A program made the translations under genes and the position numbers. Below the pieces are notes generated by a model. The model saw only the letters and a program-made list of their open reading frames with translations. It searched no databases and was not told the DNA's origin. From assembly GCA_964425075.1 (NCBI GenBank), contig CAYRKM010000001.1, positions 601,827-665,826 on the forward strand: DNA of 64,000 bases, read 5' to 3'. Source of the DNA: an uncultured Gammaproteobacteria bacterium (GTDB taxonomy: Bacteria > Patescibacteriota > Microgenomatia > Levybacterales > GWA1-39-11). Positions 18,833 through 29,372 of the stretch are shown piece by piece (position 1 is the first letter of the stretch; every line of letters begins with the position of its first letter).

Positions 18833-21505
18833 ATGCCACAACTATTCAAATCAATATATTTCCCTGATTATAATTCTGACAACAAAGAATCAAAATCATT
18901 TACGTTGGCATTTTCAGATAAGGATCAAGACATTTATGAACTATTAAGGACATCATCGAGCTTAGAGGTAAGAAGTTTATTATCAGTATTTTCATTTTCG
19001 GAATTAATTGATAAAGCTAATCAAGAAAGTCTACCTTTAAATACCTACTGTTTATGGAAAATCAGAAAAAACTTACAAAAGATTACCAGTCAAAATAAAA
19101 CTAACATCCAAACTAACTTATTTCCGCTAGATCCAGTACAGGTTACATTTGAAGGAGGAAAAAACTTACCCCTTCAATCTTGGTATCCCTACCTTGAAGG
19201 ATATTCTCCAGATTTTGTCGAGCACATTATAAAGAATTATTTAACACAGAACACAAGAACAGTTTATGATCCTTTTTCTGGATCTGGAACTACCCCTCTT
19301 GTAGCCTCATCTTTGAAGTATGATTCTTACTATTCAGAAATAAATCCCTTATTGCAATTTTTATCACAAACAAAATTCAGAGCTAAAAACATTAAAGATA
19401 AAAAAAAGACTATATCTAAGCTCACGATAATAAATAACACTCTTAAAAGTAAGATTCTAGCTTCTGATGAAGATATAGATCTTCGAGAAAACTATATTAG
19501 AACCTTTGGAAAGAGTAAGTTTTTCGATGATAAAGTTTTCTCTAACGTTTTAAGGACAAAGACGTATCTTAGGAGACTCGCTAAGCTAGATAGCTTGACA
19601 GCGGATTTAGTATGTACGGCAATCCTAGGAAGTTTAATAAAAGTATCTCTTTTAAAAAGGCAAGGTGATCTAAGGTATAAAACTAAAGATGAATTATCTA
19701 AAACAAAGACAGCTGAATATTTTGAAACTATACAGGCAAATCTGCAAAACATAATAAATGACATTTCGAATCTAAAGAAAGCTCCAGAGCCTATCTTCCT
19801 TACAGATGATGCAAGAAAAATAAAAGATTTAGACAAAATTGGTATAGACGCAGTAATAACTAGCCCCCCCTATCTGAACGGTACTAATTACTTTAGGAAT
19901 ACAAAGTTAGAGTTATGGTTTTTGGGATATTTAAAATCATTAAGTGATTTGACTGACTTTAGGCAACAGGCAGTAACTGCGGGTATTAATGACGTCTCTT
20001 TAAAAATTGAAAAGCAAATAGAAAATGAACTTCTTAAGGAGCTTTTGAAAGAAATTAATAAATCTGCATACGATCGAAGAATTCCTAAAATGATTCATGA
20101 TTATTTTGCAGATATGCAAACTATCTTTGAAGGATTAAAGAAACATTTAAATGATAATGCAGTTTTGGCTATCGATTTGGGAGATTCAATTTACAGTAAT
20201 GTTCATGTTAGAACTGACGAAATCCTGATTTCAATATTAAAACAATTAGGATATGAATTTGAGAGAAGCATTGTTTTGCGAAGACGGATATCCAAGAATG
20301 GCGAAGAACTGAGACAGGTGTTATTAATATTTAAATATAGACAATCCAAGCAGCCCAAAATAATCCCTATGAATAAATCTAATAAATGGGATCAGGATTG
20401 GAGTAAGTTTAAAAACGATTTGCCTCATCAGCAAATTCCATTATCAAAGAGAAATTGGGGAGATCCTATACATTCTTTGTGTTCATATCAAGGTAAGTTA
20501 AAGCCTTCTATTGCTCATATGTTAACCTCGATTTTTGTACCACCTAATGGCTCAGTATTAGATATTTTTGCAGGAGTTGGAACTATTCCACTAGAAGCCT
20601 CTCTCCAAGGAAAAAAATCATTTGGATTTGATATAAGTGCTCCTGCTGTTGCGATATCAAGAGCAAAATTATCTAAGATTTCAAGCGATAAAACTTATGA
20701 AATAATAAATGATCTTGAACAATATATTTTAAGCGGTAGAACTGACAAGTCTGAGCTTTCAAAAGCCCAAACATTTGGATTCAATAAGAAATTAATCGAT
20801 TACTTTCATCCAAATACATTAAAAGAGATTTTGTTAGCACGGGAATACTTCGGGAAGATAGGATATGATACACCAGAAAAGTCTATAGTTCTTGCCTCTA
20901 TTCTTCACATTCTTCATGGAAATAGACCGTATGCATTGAGTAGAAGATCTCACGGAATTACACCCTTTGCGCCTACAGGCGAATTTGAATATAAAAACCT
21001 TATAACTAAACTCAAAGAAAAAGTTTCCAGATCATTAAAATATGTTGATAGAAGTAATTTTGTAGAAGGAAATATGTATTTTCAAAATGCTCTAAATGAG
21101 TGGCCTAAAGAGATAAAGAATTTAGATGCAATCATCACAAGTCCGCCTTTCTTTGATAGTACGAGATTTTATCTTTCTAATTGGATGAGGATATGGTTTG
21201 CTGGCTGGGATGAAGAAAACTTCAAAACAGACTCTGTCGATTTCATAGAAGAATTACAAAAGAAAGATTTTTCCGTATATGACTCAATTTTTAAACAAGC
21301 CCGTGAGCGATTGAATAAAAATGGCGTATTTGTGATGCACTTAGGGAAAAGTAACAAGTGTAATATGGCAAAAATATTATCAGAAAAATCCAAGCCGTGG
21401 TTCAATACTTACGATATCTTTGAGGAAAGTGTAAGGACGGGAGAATCACATGGAGTCACAGATAAAGGAACAGTAGTCGACCATCAATATTTGGTATTAA
21501 ATTAG
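18833..21505 (+). CDS. Fused double amino-DNA methyltransferase (two alpha-order domains, likely N4-cytosine)
   Basis: DPFSGSGTT..TSPPY and DIFAGVGT..TSPPF. Confidence 0.85.
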   Translation: MPQLFKSIYFPDYNSDNKESKSFTLAFSDKDQDIYELLRTSSSLEVRSLLSVFSFSELIDKANQESLPLNTYCLWKIRKNLQKITSQNKTNIQTNLFPLDPVQVTFEGGKNLPLQSWYPYLEGYSPDFVEHIIKNYLTQNTRTVYDPFSGSGTTPLVASSLKYDSYYSEINPLLQFLSQTKFRAKNIKDKKKTISKLTIINNTLKSKILASDEDIDLRENYIRTFGKSKFFDDKVFSNVLRTKTYLRRLAKLDSLTADLVCTAILGSLIKVSLLKRQGDLRYKTKDELSKTKTAEYFETIQANLQNIINDISNLKKAPEPIFLTDDARKIKDLDKIGIDAVITSPPYLNGTNYFRNTKLELWFLGYLKSLSDLTDFRQQAVTAGINDVSLKIEKQIENELLKELLKEINKSAYDRRIPKMIHDYFADMQTIFEGLKKHLNDNAVLAIDLGDSIYSNVHVRTDEILISILKQLGYEFERSIVLRRRISKNGEELRQVLLIFKYRQSKQPKIIPMNKSNKWDQDWSKFKNDLPHQQIPLSKRNWGDPIHSLCSYQGKLKPSIAHMLTSIFVPPNGSVLDIFAGVGTIPLEASLQGKKSFGFDISAPAVAISRAKLSKISSDKTYEIINDLEQYILSGRTDKSELSKAQTFGFNKKLIDYFHPNTLKEILLAREYFGKIGYDTPEKSIVLASILHILHGNRPYALSRRSHGITPFAPTGEFEYKNLITKLKEKVSRSLKYVDRSNFVEGNMYFQNALNEWPKEIKNLDAIITSPPFFDSTRFYLSNWMRIWFAGWDEENFKTDSVDFIEELQKKDFSVYDSIFKQARERLNKNGVFVMHLGKSNKCNMAKILSEKSKPWFNTYDIFEESVRTGESHGVTDKGTVVDHQYLVLN

Positions 21506-22503
21506 TATCCTAAAAGTTTTTTATTTGCGTCAGAAAGTTGTTCGACTAAATTATAGTCTTCAAGTAATTTCTTAATATCGTCAATTCTCCTACTTAAGTC
21601 CGTTGCAGATCTCACTGTCAGTAATCTTGTTACACACGCATTTACATCAATACGAGGATTAAGAATAGGCTCTCTTTTTGATATTAGCGATAAATCAGCT
21701 CCTGTAATCTGAGCTAAGCGTATAAGTTCCTCATTGGTATAAAAATCACTAGGCCACTTGTCGTTTTTCGCTGCATTTGCTTTTGTTGAGAGTAATGCTG
21801 CATTTTGTGAACTGAGAGGATAAAGCCACCTAGATGGCAAAATGTGATCGATTGCCCACGATCCTCTATCAGATTTGTCAATAATGATACCGGTTTTAAA
21901 ACATTTAGAATCAAATCGTTCAAACAATTCGTCTAAATCGACGGTTTGATTCTCACCCTCAAGTAGTAATTCAGCGGCTCTACGTTTGCTGGAAGATTCA
22001 TGTAGTTGTTGTTGCGTTCTTAGTGGGTTTAAGGTTGTGTTAATAACGGCTTTACAGCTTCTGCATTCAAGTTGTTTCTCCAGAGGTCCCCATCCAACGT
22101 GACGATCGAACGCCGACCCGGGAAGAACTCTACCACAGGTTCCGCACTGTTTCCAATAATTAGCTTTATCTGCTACTGCAATTCTAAAAAACGCTCTCCA
22201 AAATCGTTCTATATGCAAATCTCCTGGTAGGGTGTATTCTTCCTTCCAGTTTGTAAAAGGTGTTTCCTTGCCTGACGCATCAGTTAATGGTAATCCTGAC
22301 TGTCTTGAGTGAATATATCCACAAAAATCACATTTCCATTCTTCATTATCGTAAGCTTCTGTTTCCGATAGCAATCGTTCACCAATAGAATGCTTGTTAA
22401 GCATGTTACAACGTAGGCAATTAAAAATTACCCAGACATCATTGGGTTTTGCCCCAGCAATCCTAGGAATTTCCGTCCTGTTTGTAGTTGATCTTCTTGG
22501 CAT
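21502..22503 (-). CDS. Zn-finger HNH endonuclease, putative restriction enzyme
   Basis: Four CxxC pairs and IDHILP..N..ANAAKND; convergent with the double methylase. Confidence 0.7.
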   Translation of the reverse strand: MPRRSTTNRTEIPRIAGAKPNDVWVIFNCLRCNMLNKHSIGERLLSETEAYDNEEWKCDFCGYIHSRQSGLPLTDASGKETPFTNWKEEYTLPGDLHIERFWRAFFRIAVADKANYWKQCGTCGRVLPGSAFDRHVGWGPLEKQLECRSCKAVINTTLNPLRTQQQLHESSSKRRAAELLLEGENQTVDLDELFERFDSKCFKTGIIIDKSDRGSWAIDHILPSRWLYPLSSQNAALLSTKANAAKNDKWPSDFYTNEELIRLAQITGADLSLISKREPILNPRIDVNACVTRLLTVRSATDLSRRIDDIKKLLEDYNLVEQLSDANKKLLGY

Positions 22504-22678
22504 ATTGTTGCTTGTATTATATCCTAAGTGCCTTCTAAAGAAAAACACCTATGATTGGAATTCGAACCGCAACCTCGGTATTCAGATGTTTAAAGGTGTG
22601 AATAGTGAGGGTACGGTGAGATACTAACACGTGCTTGCTGAGAGGCTCGGTCTAGAACCTTCTTATCCTTATAACGAT

Positions 22679-22722
22679 TGTCTCACATCAAGGCTAAATG
22701 AGACAAACGAGACACTATAAAA
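22679..22722 (+). repeat. 44-bp element end motif, copy 1
   Basis: tgtctcacatcaaggctaaatgagacaaacgagacactataaaa; 39/44 identical to 53776-53819. Confidence 0.9.
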
Positions 22723-22788
22723 AAGGGTGTCTTATTTTCTATAATATCCCATAACAACACAACAGATAAATGATATATTTTGATATAG

Positions 22789-23382
22789 TTGTGTTTCTGC
22801 CCTTTAATTATGGCAAGGGCAAGAAAATATACAACATTTAATAGGGCAAGGCTTATGTTATTTACTCATTCATATGCCTGTTATGCTATTACTTGCCATG
22901 TAAAAACGAAATATAAAATTAATGATAACCTAACGCCACGAGAATTACGAAAGAGATATATCAATAAGAGAATTATTCCAGAAATTTCTAGGCTTTCTTA
23001 TTCGCTACATTTTGACTACGAAGTTCTATGGAGAGCAATACTATTGAATAAAAAGCCGCTACTGAGTAAGCAGGTAAGAAGCAGTGATGGAATTAGGTTA
23101 TATCTTGCCATCGAGGACGAACTGATTGCTCTTGCCGAATCAAAAAGGCACAGATCACGAGACTTTTTCGACCCTGATTATGAAAATGAATATGCGCTAC
23201 TCAGTATTGCAATAGAACGAGCAGCAGGAAGTCTTCTTAATGACGTAGAGGATGACTTTGTCTTTGATCAGCAATGTGAAGAAATGAAGAAGATATGTTT
23301 CAAGTGGTATTACAAAATTGCGTATCGATATAAACTGCCGACAACAAGAATTGTCCCGTTTGTTTTGAGACTTATCAGCTGA
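22789..23382 (+). CDS. Hypothetical protein (start uncertain)
   Basis: 197-aa ORF with no recognised motif. Confidence 0.55.
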   Translation: MCFCPLIMARARKYTTFNRARLMLFTHSYACYAITCHVKTKYKINDNLTPRELRKRYINKRIIPEISRLSYSLHFDYEVLWRAILLNKKPLLSKQVRSSDGIRLYLAIEDELIALAESKRHRSRDFFDPDYENEYALLSIAIERAAGSLLNDVEDDFVFDQQCEEMKKICFKWYYKIAYRYKLPTTRIVPFVLRLIS

Positions 23383-23385
23383 AGT

Positions 23386-26300
23386 TTATTGACTGGCTAT
23401 CACTTCTAAGTTTATTGCGTGTGTTTCTTTAAGATAATTTTCTGTAACGGCGAGTAGTTCTAGTTGACTATTACTTGCTTGGTTTTTAGATAAACCTGGC
23501 TGAACAACTGTGATTGTAAATTCAGGAATAAGATAAGGTACTTTATTTCTTATTTCTTCGAGTTTTTCTAAATCACCTTTTTCAAATCTTGAAACCAATC
23601 CTTTCTTTTGTCGACTCACCTCACGTAAAGTTAAGTGATCGATAAGTTTTTGTATATCATCTCTCCAATGAACACTTTTTTGTGCTTGACCGCAAACTGC
23701 ATATAGATCTTCGACTCTTGCTCCGGGAGTGGCAGATTGGGAGAACTTACAATGGTATAAATCAACTATTAATTTCTCCTCTGTCATTTTAATTCCTATT
23801 ACATCCGCAGCTTCATAGGAATCGTCATCGTCAAAAACGACATCATATTGTGAATCGTGGGTATCCTTTAGTGCCTCTTGTATGACTCGATATTGTATTG
23901 AGTCAGTATCTTTATTTACTGTCTGCGATTCTTTACTCAAATCAATACCATTCCAGTCCCATATTTGAATCTTATCCTTATCAAAAGGTGCAGGCGGATC
24001 AGCAGGATTTTCAAAAAGAACGTTGTATTGTAGGTATGAATCGTTTTCAAAACGAACAATAGGAGAATTCTCTTTTAACCAATCAGGAAGGGATTGTGGT
24101 TTTCTCGCAATTATAATTTGTGCAGTGTCTTGCCCAGTCGGTAAATACTCAACATTGTTATTATTAAATGCAATTTTATATTCAACACTTTTGTTTTCAC
24201 TAAAAACCTGGAACTTTATTGGGCCTGTTTTATTAAAGTCCGTTAACTCAATACCTGCTTCATACAATGGAATCGTCTCTCCCGCGATATTTAGTTCAAC
24301 AGTTTCCTCGCTTTTCAAGAGTAAGTCTTCTGGCCACTCTATTGTTAGCGGTACGAGGTTTGGCCGTTGTGTTATTAAAGTTGGGCGCAATACATATTTA
24401 AGAATATCTGTTGCAGAAAAAGTATCATCAAGTAATTTTGTGCCTGTTTTTCGGCACCATTCAATCCATTCCGAGATATCATCTGCTATTTTATAAGACC
24501 AAATCCTCCCTTTGTAAGATGACCCGATGCTTGTTTTACTACCATTCTCAAAACCTCTTCCAAAAAGATTGGATTTAATCCTATTTTGTTGCTGAGCGTC
24601 CGAGATTGCTGATAGTATGTCTGATCCAACATACATTGTGAATCGCATTGCTCGATTTAAGGAATGTGTTAAGCCAAGATTCATAAGGCTTAATCTATTG
24701 ATCCCAGAGAGAGTACGAAACACTTGTTCTCCACGAACTATTTCAACATCATCGCCACAAATAGCTTTTGCTAATTCCCCATGGAAGGACCTGTTGTTTG
24801 AGCTATTGATAAATAATAATTTTTGAGCTTCATCCCAATGAATCAAATACAGATCCCAAATCGTATTATGGATATCCTTAAAATTGCCCCAAGAAATTGG
24901 TTCTTTCTCGCAGGTAACAAAGAACACGACTTTTTCTCCTTGATTTACAGTAGGGTCAATAAAAAGCCTAGATTCTTTTACTACTTTTGGTATGTTTTCG
25001 GGAGTCCACCGCGTATTATTTGTTTTATAAACAACAGTGCTCATTTTAGGCAAAATATTTTGAGGTAAGAATTCTGGAGGCAAATCCACAAATCCTTCAA
25101 AAAACTGAGATAGCTTTTCCTGTTTGGTAGTCGCTCCTTCACTTAAGTTCCGTAGTAATTTATCCCAATCAGCATCTTCTGCATATAAGTCTTTTAACGC
25201 TTCTTCAACACCAGGGTTGGCGATATTTGCAACAATCGTTGCGGAACCAATATTTGGTTTTGTTCTTGTAAATCTTCCTGTAAACTGCAATGTAATGGCA
25301 AGACCTTTATGCACATCATGGAGTGCTGCAATTTTTAATTCAGGTAAGTCAAAACCTTCTCCAAACATGTCAACACATACAATAATTCTTGATTTTCTTT
25401 CATTTATTTCATTAAGAGATTGGCGTTTTTCAGCCACTTTTTTCTTACTATGAAAAAGTTGAGGATTATGATTTGCGCCGTGTTGTTGGTAAATAGCAAA
25501 TATATCTCGCGCACGAGTTATACTATCTGCTCGCGCCAAGATAATATGGTCTAGATTTTGTGCAAGGTCTTCTTCCAGCTTTTTGATTGCTCTTTTGGCA
25601 ATAGTCTCATCGGCACGTTGTTTATTATAATCTCTTACACCAATAAAACTGATTTGCTTGAAATACCCTTCGCTTTGCGCTTTTCGTAATGGATAATTAA
25701 AAATTACCTTTCCATCAATATGTCTTCCATCTCCTCTAAAAGGTGTGGCGGTAAATTGTAATATGGTTTTTTCTTTGAAGAATTTTCTGAATTTTTGCCA
25801 AGTTGGTGCTGAAATATGATGTGCCTCATCTATAAAAAGGTACGTAGCTGTTCCAGCCATTGCCTTTTGAATTTCTTCTGAGCATCCACCTACTATTGCC
25901 ATTGTCGTTATCACCACATTGCATGACCCAAAAAATTTATTTACCTCATCTACTGTTTTGAGTCGATGCTCGAGGGTCCCCACGATAGGATTTTCTGCTT
26001 TCCTTCCAACAGCTCCAATTTTTCTTAATAATCCGAGACCTAGGAATTTATTCGTGATCTGATCTCTTAGCGCATCTGTTGGTACAACTACTAGGATTTT
26101 ATCTATTCGCTCGCAAACCATAAGTGCAAGCATTGTTTCCGTTTTTCCTGTACCAGTAGGCATAACAATGGTGGCTGATGCGTTTGTTACTTTCCAATGA
26201 GCGAGTGCGGCATGGAGTGCACCGATTTGGGGCGGACGCAATCCTTCTTCAAGAATTTGATCATTTTCTCGTTTTTCTTCGACGAAAGAGAATTGCTTAT

Positions 26301-26466
26301 CCCAGGATTTAATTACTTTTTCGCAAGATCTGGGGAATGTAGCAATTCTTCTATTACTAAGTGTTAACGCTCTAGGTTTATCGCCGGAAAATGTAGCAGA
26401 TTTATTAACCTGCCTAATAGGATTACCTAATACTTTTGTGTTGATTATAAATTGATCATTATTCAC
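23386..26466 (-). CDS. SF2 DEAH helicase with putative C-terminal PD-(D/E)xK-like nuclease
   Basis: MPTGTGKT, DEAHH, TATPFR, EGFDLP and QFTGRFTR; C-terminal EAADVI..LYHCK. Confidence 0.85.
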   Translation of the reverse strand: MNNDQFIINTKVLGNPIRQVNKSATFSGDKPRALTLSNRRIATFPRSCEKVIKSWDKQFSFVEEKRENDQILEEGLRPPQIGALHAALAHWKVTNASATIVMPTGTGKTETMLALMVCERIDKILVVVPTDALRDQITNKFLGLGLLRKIGAVGRKAENPIVGTLEHRLKTVDEVNKFFGSCNVVITTMAIVGGCSEEIQKAMAGTATYLFIDEAHHISAPTWQKFRKFFKEKTILQFTATPFRGDGRHIDGKVIFNYPLRKAQSEGYFKQISFIGVRDYNKQRADETIAKRAIKKLEEDLAQNLDHIILARADSITRARDIFAIYQQHGANHNPQLFHSKKKVAEKRQSLNEINERKSRIIVCVDMFGEGFDLPELKIAALHDVHKGLAITLQFTGRFTRTKPNIGSATIVANIANPGVEEALKDLYAEDADWDKLLRNLSEGATTKQEKLSQFFEGFVDLPPEFLPQNILPKMSTVVYKTNNTRWTPENIPKVVKESRLFIDPTVNQGEKVVFFVTCEKEPISWGNFKDIHNTIWDLYLIHWDEAQKLLFINSSNNRSFHGELAKAICGDDVEIVRGEQVFRTLSGINRLSLMNLGLTHSLNRAMRFTMYVGSDILSAISDAQQQNRIKSNLFGRGFENGSKTSIGSSYKGRIWSYKIADDISEWIEWCRKTGTKLLDDTFSATDILKYVLRPTLITQRPNLVPLTIEWPEDLLLKSEETVELNIAGETIPLYEAGIELTDFNKTGPIKFQVFSENKSVEYKIAFNNNNVEYLPTGQDTAQIIIARKPQSLPDWLKENSPIVRFENDSYLQYNVLFENPADPPAPFDKDKIQIWDWNGIDLSKESQTVNKDTDSIQYRVIQEALKDTHDSQYDVVFDDDDSYEAADVIGIKMTEEKLIVDLYHCKFSQSATPGARVEDLYAVCGQAQKSVHWRDDIQKLIDHLTLREVSRQKKGLVSRFEKGDLEKLEEIRNKVPYLIPEFTITVVQPGLSKNQASNSQLELLAVTENYLKETHAINLEVIASQ

Positions 26467-26539
26467 GGTGTTTTGAAGCTGTTCCTTTTATTAGCTGAAT
26501 TATATACAATACGAATGTATAAAGCTAGAATTATGGGCT

Positions 26540-27283
26540 ATGAAAAAAGACTATTTTGCTGAAAAAACGAAGCGACTGAAACAGGAAATAAAAGTGCTTG
26601 TCAGCAGACCTGCATTTCAGAAAGAAATTGCTGACCTCAGGAAAAAATGGAATATTCCTTCCGAAGGAATAAAGAATGAGGATGACAATTTAGAATGGAA
26701 TCATAAGCTTGATATTGCAACTGACGAGTATTACAAAACAGAATGGCCGAAGTGTCGAGCAGAGATTGATAGCTTAAATAAAGAGAAAAAGTTCCTAGAA
26801 GCTGAGGATAAAAGAAAAGAGTGTAACGCTAAAGCTCCAATGCATGCATTTCGTGAGGATGTATGGGGTGTCGTCAGAAAATATCGCCTTTCTCCACGTT
26901 GGCACACTGGTATTCGTCGCTACCTTTTATTTAATGATCCCGATAATCTGAACTTGACCGCAGGAGTAACTATGGTTACGACATGGGAAAACGGTATGAA
27001 AAGACTTTCGCTTGAAATTGATGGCGATACGACCCTCAATGACATCAGGCATATTTGGCCGTGGGTGAAGCGAATGCAGAAAGATTTAATGTATAGGAAG
27101 GCTGATAAGTTCCAGCCTATTAAGAACTTTGACCGAGATCAAAGAATTTATGAGCTTGAACAAGAAGGAAAGTCGGAAAAGGATATTGGGGATATCATAC
27201 AGCAAGAATTTGGTGACTCACTTGATTACAACGAAATAAATATAGCTATCAACCGCTACAAGAAACGCCTCAACATCAATTAG
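26540..27283 (+). CDS. Hypothetical protein with possible C-terminal HTH
   Basis: 247 aa; C-terminus RIYELEQEGKSEKDIGDII..INRYKK resembles an HTH; precedes the methylase-terminase operon. Confidence 0.65.
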   Translation: MKKDYFAEKTKRLKQEIKVLVSRPAFQKEIADLRKKWNIPSEGIKNEDDNLEWNHKLDIATDEYYKTEWPKCRAEIDSLNKEKKFLEAEDKRKECNAKAPMHAFREDVWGVVRKYRLSPRWHTGIRRYLLFNDPDNLNLTAGVTMVTTWENGMKRLSLEIDGDTTLNDIRHIWPWVKRMQKDLMYRKADKFQPIKNFDRDQRIYELEQEGKSEKDIGDIIQQEFGDSLDYNEINIAINRYKKRLNIN

Positions 27284-27333
27284 TCACAATTGTTGTTTAT
27301 ACACAAGCCCTTTTTCATCCTATTATTGATAGT

Positions 27334-28626
27334 ATGTTGAACGCACATACTAAACAAGAGAACCCATATTCTATCGTTTATGTTTCAGCTCAAGAACTTC
27401 GCCCCGCTGAATACAATCCAAGAAAATGGGATGAGGAAGCTGCCAAGCAATTAACGGAGAGTATTAAGCGCTTCGGATTGATAGATCCCATTATTGCGAA
27501 TGGTGCATCTAATCGAAAAAATATTGTAATTGGTGGACATTTCAGACTCGAAGTAGGAAAAAGACTAGGTATAGAAAAAGTACCTGTGGTTTATGTTAAT
27601 ATCCCCAATCTTCAGAAGGAAAAGGAGTTGAATCTACGTCTTAACCGCAATACTGGAGAATGGGATTTTGAACTTCTGAAATCATTTAATGTCGAGCTGT
27701 TACTTGATGTTGGATTTGATGATAGCGATCTTTCACACATTTGGGATGATAACTTGGGAGTCGAAAATGACGACTTTGATGTTAAAAAAGAAATTGAAAA
27801 GATCAAAGAACCAAAAAGCAAATGGGGAGATATATACCAGCTTGGATCGCACCGACTTATTTGTGGAGACGCGACAGATCCCGAAGTACTCAAAAAGCTA
27901 GTACAGGATGACAAGATATCCATGCTCTACTGCGATCCCCCATATAATATCTCGCTCGATTACAGCAACGGGATTGGAACAAATGGAAAATATGGCGGGA
28001 AAACGAATGACAAGAAATCTGAAGAAGAATATAAAGCGTTTCTCAAGAAAACGCTTGAAAATGGGCTATCAACTGCTTTTCCTGATGCACACGTGTTTTA
28101 TTGGTGTGATGAAAATTACATTGGACTAATCCAGGGAATATACAAGGAACTTGGGATTATAAACAAACGAGTTTGTCTTTGGATTAAGAATAACCAGAAC
28201 GTCACTCCACAAACTGCATTTAATAAAGTGTATGAACCATGCGTTTATGGTATTCAAGGTAATCCGTATCTTTCCGAATCAGTCAAAAACCTGAATGAGG
28301 TTCTCAATAAAGAGGTAGGAACAGGAAATCGACTGACAGATGATATCCTTGACCTTTTTAATATATGGCTAGCAAAACGTCTTCCTGCACAAGAATACGA
28401 ACATCCGACAGAAAAACCACCAACACTCCATGAAAAAGCATTACGTCGTTGCACGAAAGCTGGAGACATCGTGCTTGATGTATTCGGTGGCTCCGGATCT
28501 ACTCTCATTGCGTGTGAACAACTCAAACGCAGAGCATATCTTTGCGAAATTGAGCCTATTTTTTGTGACCTTATTATCAAGCGCTTCGAGAAGTTGACTG
28601 GACAGGAGGCAAAGCTATGCAAATAA
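27334..28626 (+). CDS. ParB-like domain fused to a beta-class DNA methyltransferase
   Basis: YNPRK..SIKRFG..PII..GGHFR; DPPYN, HPTEKP and DVFGGSGST. Confidence 0.9.
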   Translation: MLNAHTKQENPYSIVYVSAQELRPAEYNPRKWDEEAAKQLTESIKRFGLIDPIIANGASNRKNIVIGGHFRLEVGKRLGIEKVPVVYVNIPNLQKEKELNLRLNRNTGEWDFELLKSFNVELLLDVGFDDSDLSHIWDDNLGVENDDFDVKKEIEKIKEPKSKWGDIYQLGSHRLICGDATDPEVLKKLVQDDKISMLYCDPPYNISLDYSNGIGTNGKYGGKTNDKKSEEEYKAFLKKTLENGLSTAFPDAHVFYWCDENYIGLIQGIYKELGIINKRVCLWIKNNQNVTPQTAFNKVYEPCVYGIQGNPYLSESVKNLNEVLNKEVGTGNRLTDDILDLFNIWLAKRLPAQEYEHPTEKPPTLHEKALRRCTKAGDIVLDVFGGSGSTLIACEQLKRRAYLCEIEPIFCDLIIKRFEKLTGQEAKLCK

Positions 28627-29372
28627 AAATAGGTGATGTTCTACAACTCGGTGATCATCGCTTGGCGTGTGGAGATGCAAAAGACTCAGCGTTGTTAAAG
28701 AGGCTTATTTTAGATGATCGAATCTCTCTCCTTCTGACGGATCCGCCCTACGGCGTGGCTTATGTTGAAGGAAAAGCTGAACTTACGGAAATTAAGAGTA
28801 ATAAAAAGATAGCCAACGATCACAACCAAACAGAAGGAACGTATCGCCATTTTACGAAGGAATGGCTAGAAGCAATAAAGCCATATCTTGCCAAGAAAAA
28901 TTCTTTTTACATTTTTAACTCAGACAAAATGGTGTTCTCCTTGCGAGATGGCATTGTTGATGCGGGTTTTCGACTCACACAACTACTTGTGTGGATCAAA
29001 AACAATGTTGTCGTCGGACGGCTTCACTATTTACCACAACATGAGCTGATCGCATACGGATGGTTTGGAAGTCATGAGTTCTATAAAGCAAAGGACAAAA
29101 GTATCCTCATCTATCCAAAACCTAATAAAAGCCCACTTCATCCAACCATGAAGCCAGTCGGACTTCTCAGAAACTTAATCCTTAATAGCTCGAAAATTGA
29201 TGACTATGTCTATGACCCATTCGGCGGATCGGGATCAACACTTATTGCTTGCGAACAAACGAAAAGGAAATGCCTCATGGTGGAGATAGATCCGGAGTAC
29301 TGCCAAGTGATTATTGATCGCTTTGAAAAAGTTACAGGTTACAAAGCAGAAAGGACAAAAGATGGAAAATAA
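28617..29372 (+). CDS. Beta-class DNA methyltransferase
   Basis: TDPPYG, HPTMKP and DPFGGSGST. Confidence 0.9.
   Translation: MQIKIGDVLQLGDHRLACGDAKDSALLKRLILDDRISLLLTDPPYGVAYVEGKAELTEIKSNKKIANDHNQTEGTYRHFTKEWLEAIKPYLAKKNSFYIFNSDKMVFSLRDGIVDAGFRLTQLLVWIKNNVVVGRLHYLPQHELIAYGWFGSHEFYKAKDKSILIYPKPNKSPLHPTMKPVGLLRNLILNSSKIDDYVYDPFGGSGSTLIACEQTKRKCLMVEIDPEYCQVIIDRFEKVTGYKAERTKDGK

Larger units (their letters stand above)
15507..22636. mobile_element. Integrative element A (left-truncated): TerL fragment, XRE, membrane protein, serine recombinase, RM cargo
   Basis: Same gene order as element B; paralogous terL and recombinase. Confidence 0.75.

Noticed and set aside
22557-22572. T-arm-like 16-mer (13/16 to tRNA-Gln 49477-49492) as the att site of element B
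   Set aside because: Short and similar to the generic tRNA T-loop consensus; the 22637 site has better positional support. It may be an older scar
22679-22722. Tn7/Mu-like transposon end (starts with TGT, has internal repeats)
   Set aside because: No DDE transposase or TnsC in the window and no matching ACA terminus at the right end
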